Shown piece by piece: positions 25,601 through 38,090 of a stretch of DNA of 64,000 bases. The position numbers were made by a program, and so were the translations under genes. Location: assembly GCA_973851085.1 (NCBI GenBank), contig OZ316776.1, positions 1,550,001 to 1,614,000 of the forward strand, read 5' to 3'. Position 1 is the first letter of the stretch. Each line of letters begins with the position of its first letter. This DNA is from Ptychomitrium polyphyllum (taxonomy: Eukaryota). Under the pieces are notes generated by a model. That model did not search any database, had not been told where the DNA came from, and saw nothing but the letters and a program-made list of their open reading frames with translations.

Positions 25601-26318
25601 TGCATTCAAATACACAGTTCTCCTAAAACTCTCTACTGATCAGATAACACACATGAAACGTAAAGACCCCATCAGTCCCCAAGTCAAGAGCAAACTACCA
25701 GAACAGACGACCTTACAATGACATATACTCTCACCCATCAAATCGATGGAAGACTGCAGTAGTTCGCAAGTGAGCCAAATAGACGAGTTGTCCATTCTTT
25801 CTGCACAGTGAAACCCATGAAAGTACAATATCGTCAAGTGACCTGAGGGTTCTCTAATGTACATGGATACTTAGTCACGGATATCCAACATGAAGTCATC
25901 TGTTTCCAAGGTCTTACCAACGTTGACCCTCTTCAGGCCATATATTTCACCTCTTGCCTTCCAAAGAGAAGCATCATACTGGCTGATAGGAAGTTCTCCA
26001 TTCCAGGAGCGGCCACCTTGAAAATCCACCATTCTCAGAATAGTCGCATACTGCTTAGAGGCATTGTCATTGTCTTTTCCTGACAATGAATCTAAGCAAT
26101 ATGATTTAACCTTGAAGCTCTGAAACATCTCAGTCTGAGGTAGAGTAGGCGGATGCGGTAGAACTTGAGCACTCGGACGGGGCAAGTAGGTATCCTCCTT
26201 ATGAAGCATTCCCTTCCGATGCTGCTTGCTCCAACATTGCTTAGAGTCATTGTCATTGTCTTTTTCCTGACAATGACTATAAGCAAAGCTTGTGTACGAC
26301 CTTCTCAGGTCGCCTCCC

Positions 26319-27383
26319 CTAGCGGATCCCATTGCGGTCGGACTGCGCGCCAGCTCCACAGCTCGAGCACGCAGGTGAGGACAAACAGAGCATAACAAAC
26401 ATTGCGCAGCTCTGGCATCCAGAAAGGCCTGTTTGCTGGGTTCTGCCTTCATTATCACATACACTTGTAGCTTGCTCTTCCTTCCCGCTGCTCCCACAGG
26501 TTGAACCGTCATTGCCCAGCTCCCTGTCTGCAGACCTTTCTGGTGGAGTAGAGCGCATGCTACTGGTTCGTTCGCAAACATCAGGTGGGCAACATCCAGC
26601 TCCGCTACCCTCTTCGGCTTCGTCACCCGTTTCAGACTCATCATCACTTTCATCATATGGCGATGTAGCCAACTCAAGGTGTTCGACAGACGATTCTCCA
26701 CGAATATGCGCCTCCAGCAAATGTGCTTGTACTGTTTCGGCAGCTTGACGAACTAGCTCTCGCGGATCTTGTTTCGCTCTCTTGCAGGAACTCCAGTGGA
26801 AATAGTAGAACTGTCCCGTCTGTTTCAACAAAAGCTTTAATAAATGCTATAAAAATATAGAAGCATCTAGAGCACTATCGACAACCTAAGCTTGGCTTCC
26901 AGCAGGTCAATTACACAAAACAATACTAAGAAGTTCTACAACAACAAAACAGTCAAACGGATGGACATTCGTGTCAATTACCTTGAGGTCCAGAAACTGC
27001 TCCCAGTCCTCAGGCAACGCTGGCTGCGTTTGCAGCGCCACCTCAAAACCTTGGGCATCAGCATACTGAGAAATCTCATAACGCTCTCGAGACTCGGAAC
27101 TTTCAAGCTCACGTTTACGAGCCGAAGGTTCACTCACTTCAGAAGATTGCGAACGAAGCGCCTCCATCTGCCGCTGCACTACCTGCAGAGCTTCCTGAGG
27201 CCATGCCTGCAAGACAGGCCTCACGCTAGCTGGCGCGACCTGCCCGGGAGTGCCCGGCGAAGGCGGGCTCAGCGGCACCGTCTTGGAGGCCACCGCTGAA
27301 AGCGAAACCGTCAAGGAAGACGCATGTGTGCGCAGCTCCAGCGTAGAGCAAATGCGAGGAGCTACTCGCCCTGCTCTCCCCAT
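26319..27383 (-). CDS. CURLY FLAG LEAF 1 (CFL1)-like protein with a WW domain and a C-terminal C4 motif
   Basis: Exons 27383-26982 and 26819-26319 join in frame (about 300 aa). The WW domain LPEDWEQFLDLK|TGQFYYFHW...DPR spans the intron, and the C-terminus GCQSCAMFVML...PACSSC matches the CFL1 family pattern. The start codon is uncertain; an upstream exon is possible. Confidence 0.85.
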
Positions 27384-28263
27384 CTCGCGCAAATACTCAC
27401 CAGACAGCTCAATGCTTCTCACTCCTCCACCCTGTGCCGCAAATTCAACTTAAACAAAAACTGCTTTCTCGAAAGTATCCAGATAATGCTCGCCTTGTCG
27501 ACAATTACAGCAACATGCAAACTGAAGCGCCGCGTTTCAAAAAAGCCCAATACTCCCGTACAGCATCAACAACCAGGATTCAGCCGCTTCAATTGCCAGT
27601 TTACTGACGTAAACCGCACTCGATCACCTCAGCACTCTCAAACTTCAGTCGCAAACATCCTCCTTGAAACCTTCAGCTGACAGCTTCAAGAAACCTCAAT
27701 CCGCAAGTACTCTGTCTCAGGGGCCGTCCCCAGAACGTCAAAGCGTACTTCAATCTCCCAATAGCACAACACACTACAGAGCTAGACAGTAGTACTGCAC
27801 CACAACACTAGAACCAGAATCCAGCAACACCTTCACCTCTCCCAACCGCTATCACACACGAACAAGTGCAACTCCAAGACTTCTCACACACGTCCCTATC
27901 GATCTACTCACCAACCTCCACCGCCCTCACTAGCTGAGTCCCTCACCCTCACACCGCCACACTCACTCATCCACTCCCTCACACTCAACACCGTCACACT
28001 TAATCACCTCCTCACTCCAGCGACTCCAGCGACTCCACCAACACCATCAAACCAAGACAAGACATACAGCAACGCTCGCAACCCCTAATGTCACCAGATA
28101 CACACCACCAACACGTGACTAGTAAGTCACTACCAAACACACTACACTATCAGTGGCGGGATCGGAATTCATGTAACGGTCCCGGCGAGACGAACCAACA
28201 AGTAAGGGAAGCGAAGGACTGACTATTCTGGGCAGAGAATTGGACAAAAGGTGACTAGTATCT

Positions 28264-28375
28264 GGGGAGAGGGGGCAGGGGAGGGGATGGATTGGCGAGG
28301 GGGGCACTTAGAGAGGGAGTGGGGGGGGAAGTGTAAGGGCGGGGCTGAGGGGAGTATGATGATGGGACGGGGAGC
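28264..28375 (+). other. G-run cluster, potential G-quadruplex
   Basis: ggggagagggggcaggggagggg followed by further G3-G8 runs. Confidence 0.55.
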
Positions 28376-28760
28376 TATGAGTGGGCGGAGTGGGAGTTTA
28401 GAGGGGTGATGATGGCAGCTGTAGTACATATGCAGGGATGGAGGTTTTTGCAGCACAAAGTTTTTAAGTTAAGGGCCAGTGGGGGGGAGGGGTTGGAATA
28501 AGTTAGCAGAGGATTATGGTAATCCCTGGATGGCGGGGGAGACTCCCACTGTGACGACTCAGTGTGGAGAGCTTCTGGGGAGGGGGGCGTGGCAGTGGCT
28601 CTATAGGCCAAGGCTGGGAGCTGGCAGCATAGAATACCCTCTTGAGCAGCAATTGTCTCCAGATGCTAGACCGCTATGTGACTTTTTGTTGCTTTTTTCT
28701 CAGCTCTACAGGTAGCACCTTGCTTTGAAGTTCGCCTATACTCTCACCATTCCCTTTCCA

Positions 28761-28852
28761 CACTAATTCAATGTTTCCCGCACTAACTCCATATTTTGCC
28801 TACACTAATTCGATGTTTCCCGCACTAACTCCATGTTTTGCCTACGCTAATT
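28761..28852. repeat. 42-bp tandem repeat built from ~21-bp subunits, about 2.2 copies
   Basis: cactaattc(a/g)atgtttcccgcactaactccat(a/g)ttttgccta at 28761 and 28803. Confidence 0.9.
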
Positions 28853-31800
28853 GAGTCATTTTAGGGTGATCATTTCCATACAAAAAGCCAAGGCTCTATG
28901 GCACATGCGTCAGGTGCCACTGTCTAGGGGCTAAATTTAGATCTGGATCTGTCTAAATTTGGCAGTGTGGAATCCCAAATCAGCTGAGGGGGTGTCATCT
29001 TTCTGATAGATCGAGGAGATAGCTTTTTGCAAATTTGGAATCTGGCAGTCAGTTCTGTATGTGTGAGCCAAGATCATCAGTAAACTTGGAGACTTGAAAA
29101 ATTTGTGACTTGATAATGACGTTTTAGTAAAAAACTATAATTTGATGTCAATATAACTTATGTCATTTTGACATCATTTTAAATTGAAATACAGTGATAT
29201 CATTTACACACATTTAAATCTATGCCTTTCAGACTTTATGCCTTTCAGACTTTAATTTGATGTCATTTTAACATCAAGTTGACAATAATCTAATGTGGGG
29301 GTGTGACACATTCATTTTGTTTTTGTACCTCATGTAAAAATGACACAAGATACTTTCTGATGATAGTCTGTTGTAGCATGTTAAGTTACTGATCATCTTT
29401 GTCTAACCTAATCAAACCTCGTGATTTGTTAGATGATAGTGTCAGAGAATTAGCTTTCACACACTCCCAGTTTGAGTTTGGTGGCATCAGTTTGAAGGCT
29501 TCTCTTCAGCAAAAGACAAAATGTCATCTCACTCCAGTTCTGTTGTCTCAAGCAGAGTTGTTTATAAATGAGCCCACTTCTCAAGCTGTGATGTGGATTA
29601 TTTTCAGATACAACTTAGTTTAAAGCATTTGAAATGAGAAATTCTTTTTGTCATGGTGCAATCTGTTGTTTGAATGACTCTAATGCACTTTTTGAATGCA
29701 CCCACCATCCACTTACCACCTTGTAATAAATCATACTAAATCATATTTGATGTACAAATGTCGCAGTAGAGTAAGATTTGTCTTCAAAATAATGACGCAC
29801 TAAAGTGACATGTTGTCACTCTCTTGAGCACTTGCAACTTGAATTAATATGAAATAGGTATCACAATGCTAGCCCTCTTACAGCACCAGACCATTCAATT
29901 TCACACCTGCGACTCCAAGCCAACTGAAGTGGGCTGCTGGCTCTCATTAAATCCTTCATGTCAGTTAGTCCTTCTTGACCAGGTTTCCAATGAAATTAGA
30001 CAGAGACATACAGTACTTAAATTACTTTATGGTTGTAACTTGTTACTTGTACCATAATTTGCTGAGTTTCACCTTTGCCAAGCCCAGCATGAGTGGATGG
30101 ATGTCATTCGTACCATTGATATTTATCATATCATGTCATTACACATCTACCACTACCTGCCCTTTACTAGACTCTCAACAATATATGATTAGCCTAACTT
30201 GTGCATACACATATTTGTACCTGCTAAACTTCATTGGCTGGCCCCTACTACCAGAGGTTGATTGAAATTGAATGAAACATAGTAGGTTGGTACTTCTCAT
30301 TCAAATTATCTTCACGTAGGCAATGTATGAGCAAAAATGACTCCATCCAGGGGCACTATACATACAGTGCAATATATCAACTAACCTTACAACCACCACA
30401 GAGATAGCTTCTTTTTTTAAAAACATTCAGTGACTACCTAGTAGAACAAAGACAAGGACCAACAAGTTATATAGTTCAGAATAGCCTTGGGCCAAGAATA
30501 AGTGAGAAACACGAAAAGCTACGTCATGATAGAAATCAATCAGCCAGAACATCATTCTACCTACCCACCAAATTGCTGAGGTTGTGTTGGCAAATACATA
30601 TATAATAGTGCTAACTGTTTGAATACATTATTTTTTTTGAATTAATCACCCATGACCTGCACCCCATTGGACTTCATTCAATCACATAATTAGATATTAT
30701 TTTGCTACATCTTCTGCACAGAAAATTGGTCCCCCTCTAACCATTTGCTGAACATGCCATTAGTTTTAGCCATCCAGCCACACTGAATAAGCTCTAGCAA
30801 TAAAGACAGTTTTTTCTTGGTCTATTGGTAATCAATAATGAATTCAAAGCATGGAGGAAAAATGTACCTCACTTCAACAATCTGTCATCAGTTCCTCAAA
30901 TACATTTCCTTGTTCAGATGTTCAAACTTCAAGGTGTCCTCTTCTTCAGTCAACATAAGCCCTGAATCTCTGTTTGACCAAAAGATTTGCTGGTCCAAGG
31001 TTTGGAAAAGCGCAAGCAGGCCCCCAGCACGTTTTCCAACCAAAATGCCGGTTTGAAGTTTGAACTTGCAGTGTTCCTTATTTGCAAAATCTTACAGTTA
31101 TCCTTAAACTACGAGTTTGAGTTTGGCAAGTAGATGGCAGATTCTCTGTGGGTAATCATATAAACATAATACTATATTTAAGAGGAGCAATATTGAACCA
31201 AAGGATACATGAACAGTTTACTGTGGAATGCCACAGCTTGTGATTTTATTCTTGTGCAACACACTGTAAAGTCCCTGCTACTTTATAAGTAACTTTATTG
31301 CCAGGCTACTAAGATTGTATAGAACTGTCTCTGACTGTTAATGTGATGAAAATAGCTGCATCTCATTCTACTTGAATAAGAGCTGTCCCAAATTTTCCCA
31401 ACTTACTTTGAGATATTCTATTTAGACGTAGTACAAATCGTTTTTAATCCATTCTTTAAAAAATTTAAAAGCTAATACAAAAATAAACTAAGATAAGCAT
31501 CTTTTCAACAAGTATGCTTCATTTTCTTGGACATTCTTTGCAATCAAAACAATATTCCAACACTTCAAAGCATTTGTTTATACATGATTTAAATTCTTTA
31601 AATTTTGACCACAGATCTATGCAGCTTTAGATGTTCTATATATAATTGAAGTGTGTGTGACTTTCAAGCATTTCAAATACCAATGAAATATATGTATAGA
31701 CAAAAAAAACAATTTTTTCCTAATTTATAAATATTTTAGTTATTAATCCTTTTACATTTGGTAGTTAATTCACTAATCAATAATGTATGTGAGTGCTGCA

Positions 31801-34800
31801 TGCTTCAATTGGATGACTTGATTTTTAGCTTCTTTTCATTGGCTGCTTCTTCTCATTTAAATATTGAACCAATCAGTAATTTTTTTAATTTTAGTAAATC
31901 TTTAGTAGTTTGGGACGGAAACATGAAAAAGGTAAATAATGAAAACAAATTTACAATTAGCAATATCTTTTTACTCAAAGGTCCAAAAATTATCTGAACT
32001 TTAGTTTCATTTAATACTAACTTTACTATTTTTATTGTTACCAAGTATTTTATTATATAAAAATTCTTTTGATTTTTCAAATTACTTAATTTTAGTACAT
32101 AAAACAAAAATTGAAATTTTTCAACAACTAATTTTATTTTCGATAGTCTTTTATTTGATTCCATTGGAGCAGTAAAGCTAGTATGGTGTCTGTCATTTTT
32201 TATATTGCATAGTGGAGTTAGTTTGATACCACGTAATTTTTTTATTTTTACTATATTTTTTGTCAATCAACATTTTGATTCAAATTTGAATTTTAAAATT
32301 AGAAATAAGTTGTATATATAATGCATCTTGTGTACTACACTAGTTCATATTTTACTTACAAAACAGTTCATAACTTTCATGAACAACTGTAATTACCTAG
32401 GCGTGGTTTTTATAAGTCTTTTCATATATATTATTCAACTATTCTAACAAGGGTTTTGACTGGGTTATCCATTGGGTTATTGGAGTGTGCAATTAAACCA
32501 AAATTAGCTTCAAATACAATAGAACATTACATTATTTAACTATGCACATCCAGCTCTCTATTGTATAGCACCACAGTGCATATCCCTGTTTGAATGTATT
32601 GACAGTTTTTCCCTATTGACCTCAACTCATTCCTTCACTGGCACATGCATTTGCATTAGTGTTATAACCACACTTGAGCTTCTTAATGTGTTAATTCAAG
32701 AACTGCATTTACGAATTACTGAGATTCCTACATGGAAATCTTTGAGGTTCCTAAATGGGATGGTTTAAGACTGGTACATATGGGTTGTTTTTGAAGTGCT
32801 TTAGATTTCATCAGCAATTCCCCAAAAGCATCGTCTCAAATTGAAGTGCCCCTGGAGTCAGACTGGTTGAACTAAACAGCATAAATAAACTTTGTAGTTA
32901 CGTGAACAGGTAATTTTGAAGTCAAACGCATGAACATGGCACAGAATTGAGAAGCATAAATTAGTTTCGTGGTGGAGATCTCCTGCATTTTGAGATGAGT
33001 CAATTGCTACAATGCTGTCACTTATAGCAAATTACAATGAACAGTAATTTTGAGATTGAGTTGCATGTTGATGAGGCATCTTGTCATCCTTAACTTTTGC
33101 AGTTTGTCACAACAGTGATTTGTCTAAAAAGGTAGAATACATCAAAAGTTAACCACTGACAACTACCCTGTGATGAAGAAATACTGCACTGAAAATGTTA
33201 TTTAGTGCTACCAACACTAAAAGCATCTCCAATCTCACGTTGAATACCAACCTTGAATATGGAATGAGTGGTGAGGATTATCAGCCCATACATTCACATT
33301 GTATCTCAACCATTACTTTTGTATCCAATGTCAGTATTTAGTGTCTCATTAGAGATGCTACAACAATCCTGTCAAATGTTACCTGCAAATTATCTTAGGA
33401 ACCTTAGCAATATATATTTGAATGGCTCAAATTAGGGTTGTCTTAGCGCATAAACATGGCTCAAAAGTAGTCCTTTACAAGAAACAAAGGAATAACAAGT
33501 CCATGCCGAATGATGGAGCAAACAAGTACGTGTAAAACAAAAAAAAATCAATTGACTTTTTTAATTTGCAATCCACTTCTAGTTTCAAATACCTACTAAT
33601 TTGGAAGAAGGAATTATGAAGTGGAAGACTACAAAGGAAGGGCACATGTGTGCAAGAAAGGAGAGAAAGGGGGAAGGAGGGGTTTTGTAGAGAAAGCAAG
33701 ATGTCCATATTCAAATCCTCCACATATATATAATCTATTTTTGGTCATTTTAAGAAACATCTTAAATTCATATTTATTTGCTAAATTATCTTAATTTGAT
33801 ACATTATTGTGACTCAACCATTGTGATGAATGAATACTCATTATAATGGATTTAACTTTTTATTTGGATTAAATCCATTTTCTAGTCTCTTTATCACCAA
33901 AAAAGTATTATTTTATTTCAACACATTATTGTTCTTTAAACTAAGTTTTAATTTTGACTTAGAATTTTTTTTATGTTTATTTGAACATTACTATACATAA
34001 GAAGTAAAAAAAACTTATTCTTAGTTGTGTACAATAATTTGTATTGCACACTGATTTTATAATAACTTGTATTATTAAAAAAAAATCAATTTTTTTTTTT
34101 GTACTTTGATTTTCAAATATACTTTCTTTTTTAATCCAAAATATATTGAATGATATCAATTATAAACATAAAAGAAGCATTGTAGCATCAAAAATCAATT
34201 TCAAATAGAATCACATTATATACAATTATCATTATTAAAATACAAAGTTTAATTTAACATGGTTAATTTGGAGTTTACAATAGCCTTTTGTACATTACTC
34301 AAATACTTTTATGAATGAAAACAATCTTCATCAATAAATGGAGTTGTAAGATGAGTGCAACTAGCCTTTAAATTTTATTATGATATTAATTAAACTAAAG
34401 ACCTCAGTGCACTAATAATTATTATTTTTAGATGCTAAAATTTTTATTTAAATATATGCAATTGATGGTCAAGCAAGGATTATGGGCAAGTATGGATAAC
34501 ATGTGTGCATGGTAAATCCAAGTTACAAAATATCAACAATCTTTGCAATCATTGTGAGTTATAAGAGCTCATGATTGAATGCAAATTGCCATAATCTAAT
34601 AATGGTGTGTGAATAATAATAAGTAGGACATAATCATAAATAGATAGGATAAGATTGCTAATGAGTGGAGTGCATGCTATAAGTGGTGGAGCATGAATGC
34701 TAATGAATGAAGTAGCCATAAATAATAGGGGTGAATATCAAGATTTGATGAAAGAAAATAATCACCTTTATTAAAAAATAATTATAGATAATGGATGGAG

Positions 34801-37800
34801 CTTAAATATTAATAGCTAGGATGTAAATATTAATAAACAAGATACAAATCTTAGTGTTGCCAGTAGAGGTGCCTATATCTAATATAATACTTATTTATAA
34901 TAAAATTCTAAAACCTAAATTTATTTAGTTGCTTGACTTGGCAACATCAATCTATTGATTTAGAATCCAACTTTAACACTCTTAAGTTTATTTATATGCA
35001 TGAAAATTTGGTTTTTAAGTATAACATGAATTCTTGTTTTAAAAATTCATATCTTATTTATTGTTAGAAAGAAATTAAATTCTTTAAATTGAAGTATTTT
35101 TTGTGTTTTTTTTCATAAAAATATTTATCTCATCAATATTTTATGACTAAAAGTATCTTTAAACAAAAATGAGTGTTTTCATCTTAATTATGGAGGATTT
35201 GAACATACATTGACCTCTAAAGTAATGAATGTATGTGCACCTAATGTAAGTTATAGGTTAAGAACGAATATTTTAGGAAAGATAATAAATGATAATATTG
35301 ACATATATGGACTCTAAAATTTTACTTTAAGATGTTAACCAAACTCTTTAGAAATGCAATGACAATAAGTTATTTAAAAACTTTACATTTCAATGTGATA
35401 AAAAAAGGTTTAATAAAATTTATAGCTTGGAAGTTAATTATGCTTCAAATTTGATGATATTCCTATTTTTAAGAAGATTTGAAAACAAAATAAAAGACAA
35501 TTTTTTTGTTAAAATATAAAATCACAATTCAAACATGGAGATATATACATTTGCATTTTGTTACTCTTTTATACCTTTTGTTCATTTTAATCCATTGATT
35601 TCATACTTTTTTATAAGTAAGATAAATTATTTTTAAATATAATATAGTATGATGTTTTACATATTCTATGATAATTTTATAACATAATCACACTTGGTTT
35701 TATTGTACAACTATTTGTATTATAATCTATAAAAAGAAATGTCTTAATTCTAATGTGTTAATATCTTAAAACCAAAAGCAAAATAATTTAATCAATAAAC
35801 ATTTATTTTCATTCATTGATTACATTTGATTTGTTCAATTTTATTGTTTTTTCCATAAAAAGATGAAAATACAATTTTTGTGTTTTTATGTAAAAATTAA
35901 AAATTGTTAAATTCTATTTTAACCATACTTTTAGAACAAGTTTGTCACTTTCTTGATGTAGGTTTAGTATGTTCTAAAGATAGGTCTATTCAAATACACA
36001 TTTTTCAAAATATATTCTTTTCACAAAAAGAAATTATGAGGGGAAAAATTCCATAAAAGTTGTCAACTTTGTTCAAAAATAGTTAGCAACAAATTCACAA
36101 TGTGAATATTGTAGTTCAATTTCAAAGTATTTAATCTACATATTGTTATAGGATACAGTCTTGGATGAATGAGATATAATTTTTTTGTCAATATAACAAC
36201 TCTATTATAAATCAAATAAACTTAGTTTGCAAATTTTTCAAATCTTTTAAATCATTTAATTTAAGAAGTATATTGAAAAAATTTAAGGAGCATCACAAAA
36301 TATTATGGTACAGCCAAAAAAATTGTACATACATCCATATTTTGTATAGAATGTATTTTGTATGCACACATAGTTTTTTTTAAATGAGCAATTTCATCAA
36401 CAATTAAAGTTTATTGTAAGACATGTGGTCTTTAGCCATTTCTCCTATAATTTTTTCCTCTAATCTTAGTGCTGGTTGGATGTTTGGTTGCATTCCAACT
36501 ATATGAAAAAAATCAAATTTTTAATAGAACAAAAAACTTCCAATTTGGTTCCATTGAACAGTTGGGTTCCAGTTTATGGGGCCTGGCCAACCAGACTCTA
36601 GCACATCACCTACCATTTCTGTAAAAATTTGTCCTTTTTCACTATTGTTGGTTTTTCCTTATCTCCTCAAATTTCATCAGGACAAGGCAATGGTGCACGG
36701 GCAAATGTTGTCTCTTGCACTAGAGCATGGTAGCAAGATACCTGTGTTTAAGCAAATGTCAGAAGTACAATAGCATGACATGCTGTAAGCCCCATGTAGA
36801 AAGTTGATTACAATTTCATAATGCACCAAGAAGGGTTTTTCTACATTTTCTAGCTGTAAGCCAGTAAGCCATCCTTAGAATGAATGAATGTTACAAGGAG
36901 TTTGACTATGGTACGATATATAGTTCCACTGAAGCATTTGATACAAAGTTGGAGAAGCAATAAAAAACTATTCCATTGGAAAGAACTCATGCTTTGTCCA
37001 TGTACTTGAAGGTATGCAGAAGCATTTGGAACTTAGGATAAGGTTATGGATTTTCTGTGTGTTCAAGTTCCATGTAGAGGAGGCTGACTCAGCTCTCGAA
37101 ATCCTAGAAAACTTCATACCACTTCACAAACTGACCACACTGACTTTACCTCTTCAGGAAGTTTGCTCTTGTGATCCCATTTGGCCACGCTGCACTAAGA
37201 CCCACCTTGAATCCAAAGTAGTTATACAAGATGTACTCAACTCACAGCTTTGTATGTGAGACTGATAAGCAAGCCAGCAGCTAAAGCAAGTCACAAGTAC
37301 AATGATTCACAACCATCAGAGTGACAAAGCATTTTCACACAGGTTGCATTTCTTCAACTCAGTAGTGTACTTACTGTGCCATTGAATTCATGACAATGGC
37401 CTTTGATTAAGGTATGTACACATGTTTACACCAAAATGGAACAGGTACAGCAGCAGATGAGGTGCAAAATTGCATACCAAAGCTCATGTGCATGCCTGGC
37501 CCAAACCCCTTGCGTAGGTTATCAACCTGCTATTTTTTTTCAAACAATAGAATGAGAAAAATCAAACCTGCAATTGATTTTGGTTTCTGGTGATTTCATC
37601 ACACTCCATAGGTGTAAACACATTTTTGGGGTTTTGCTTTACCAAATACTATATAAATCTAAAATACACTGTCAAAATGTGTATGTATTTTTTTAGTAAA
37701 TACAAGGCTTCTCTGTACAATAGGCTAAGATTCTTGTTTCTTAGTCTTATTTTTTTCTTCTAGCTTGATTGTCTATTTTGATTAAACACTTCCAATTTAA

Positions 37801-37814
37801 CCTATTAGATTTCT

Positions 37815-38090
37815 TACACTTCAACACTACACAACTTCTATTCTAATATTCTAACAAGCATCATGCCTTTAAACATTGTCTTCTAAGATCAAACCTTAGT
37901 AAAAGCATAAGTTCCAAAGTTAGTACCCACAACATCCTTCAATTGTGCATAATGAATCAAATCTAATAAATCAAATTCTACCAACTTAATATTTGAGATA
38001 GATTTACGAAGTTATGCACATTGTACATCTCAACACTTCTTAAGAATGCTCCAATATTCTAAACTCTCAAAAGACACTCTCATAGTTTTA
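37815..38090 (-). mobile_element. Possible fossil Ty3/gypsy RT-RNase H fragment
   Basis: Stop-ridden minus-strand translation LEHS*EVLR ... LVEFDLLDLI ... LLRFDLRRQCLKA loosely follows the gypsy RT C-terminus and RNase H start. Recognised by eye only. Confidence 0.3.

Noticed and set aside
31758..32266. ORFs of 79-137 aa in AT-rich DNA
   Set aside because: They have low-complexity K/I/F/N composition typical of chance ORFs, and no homology cues.
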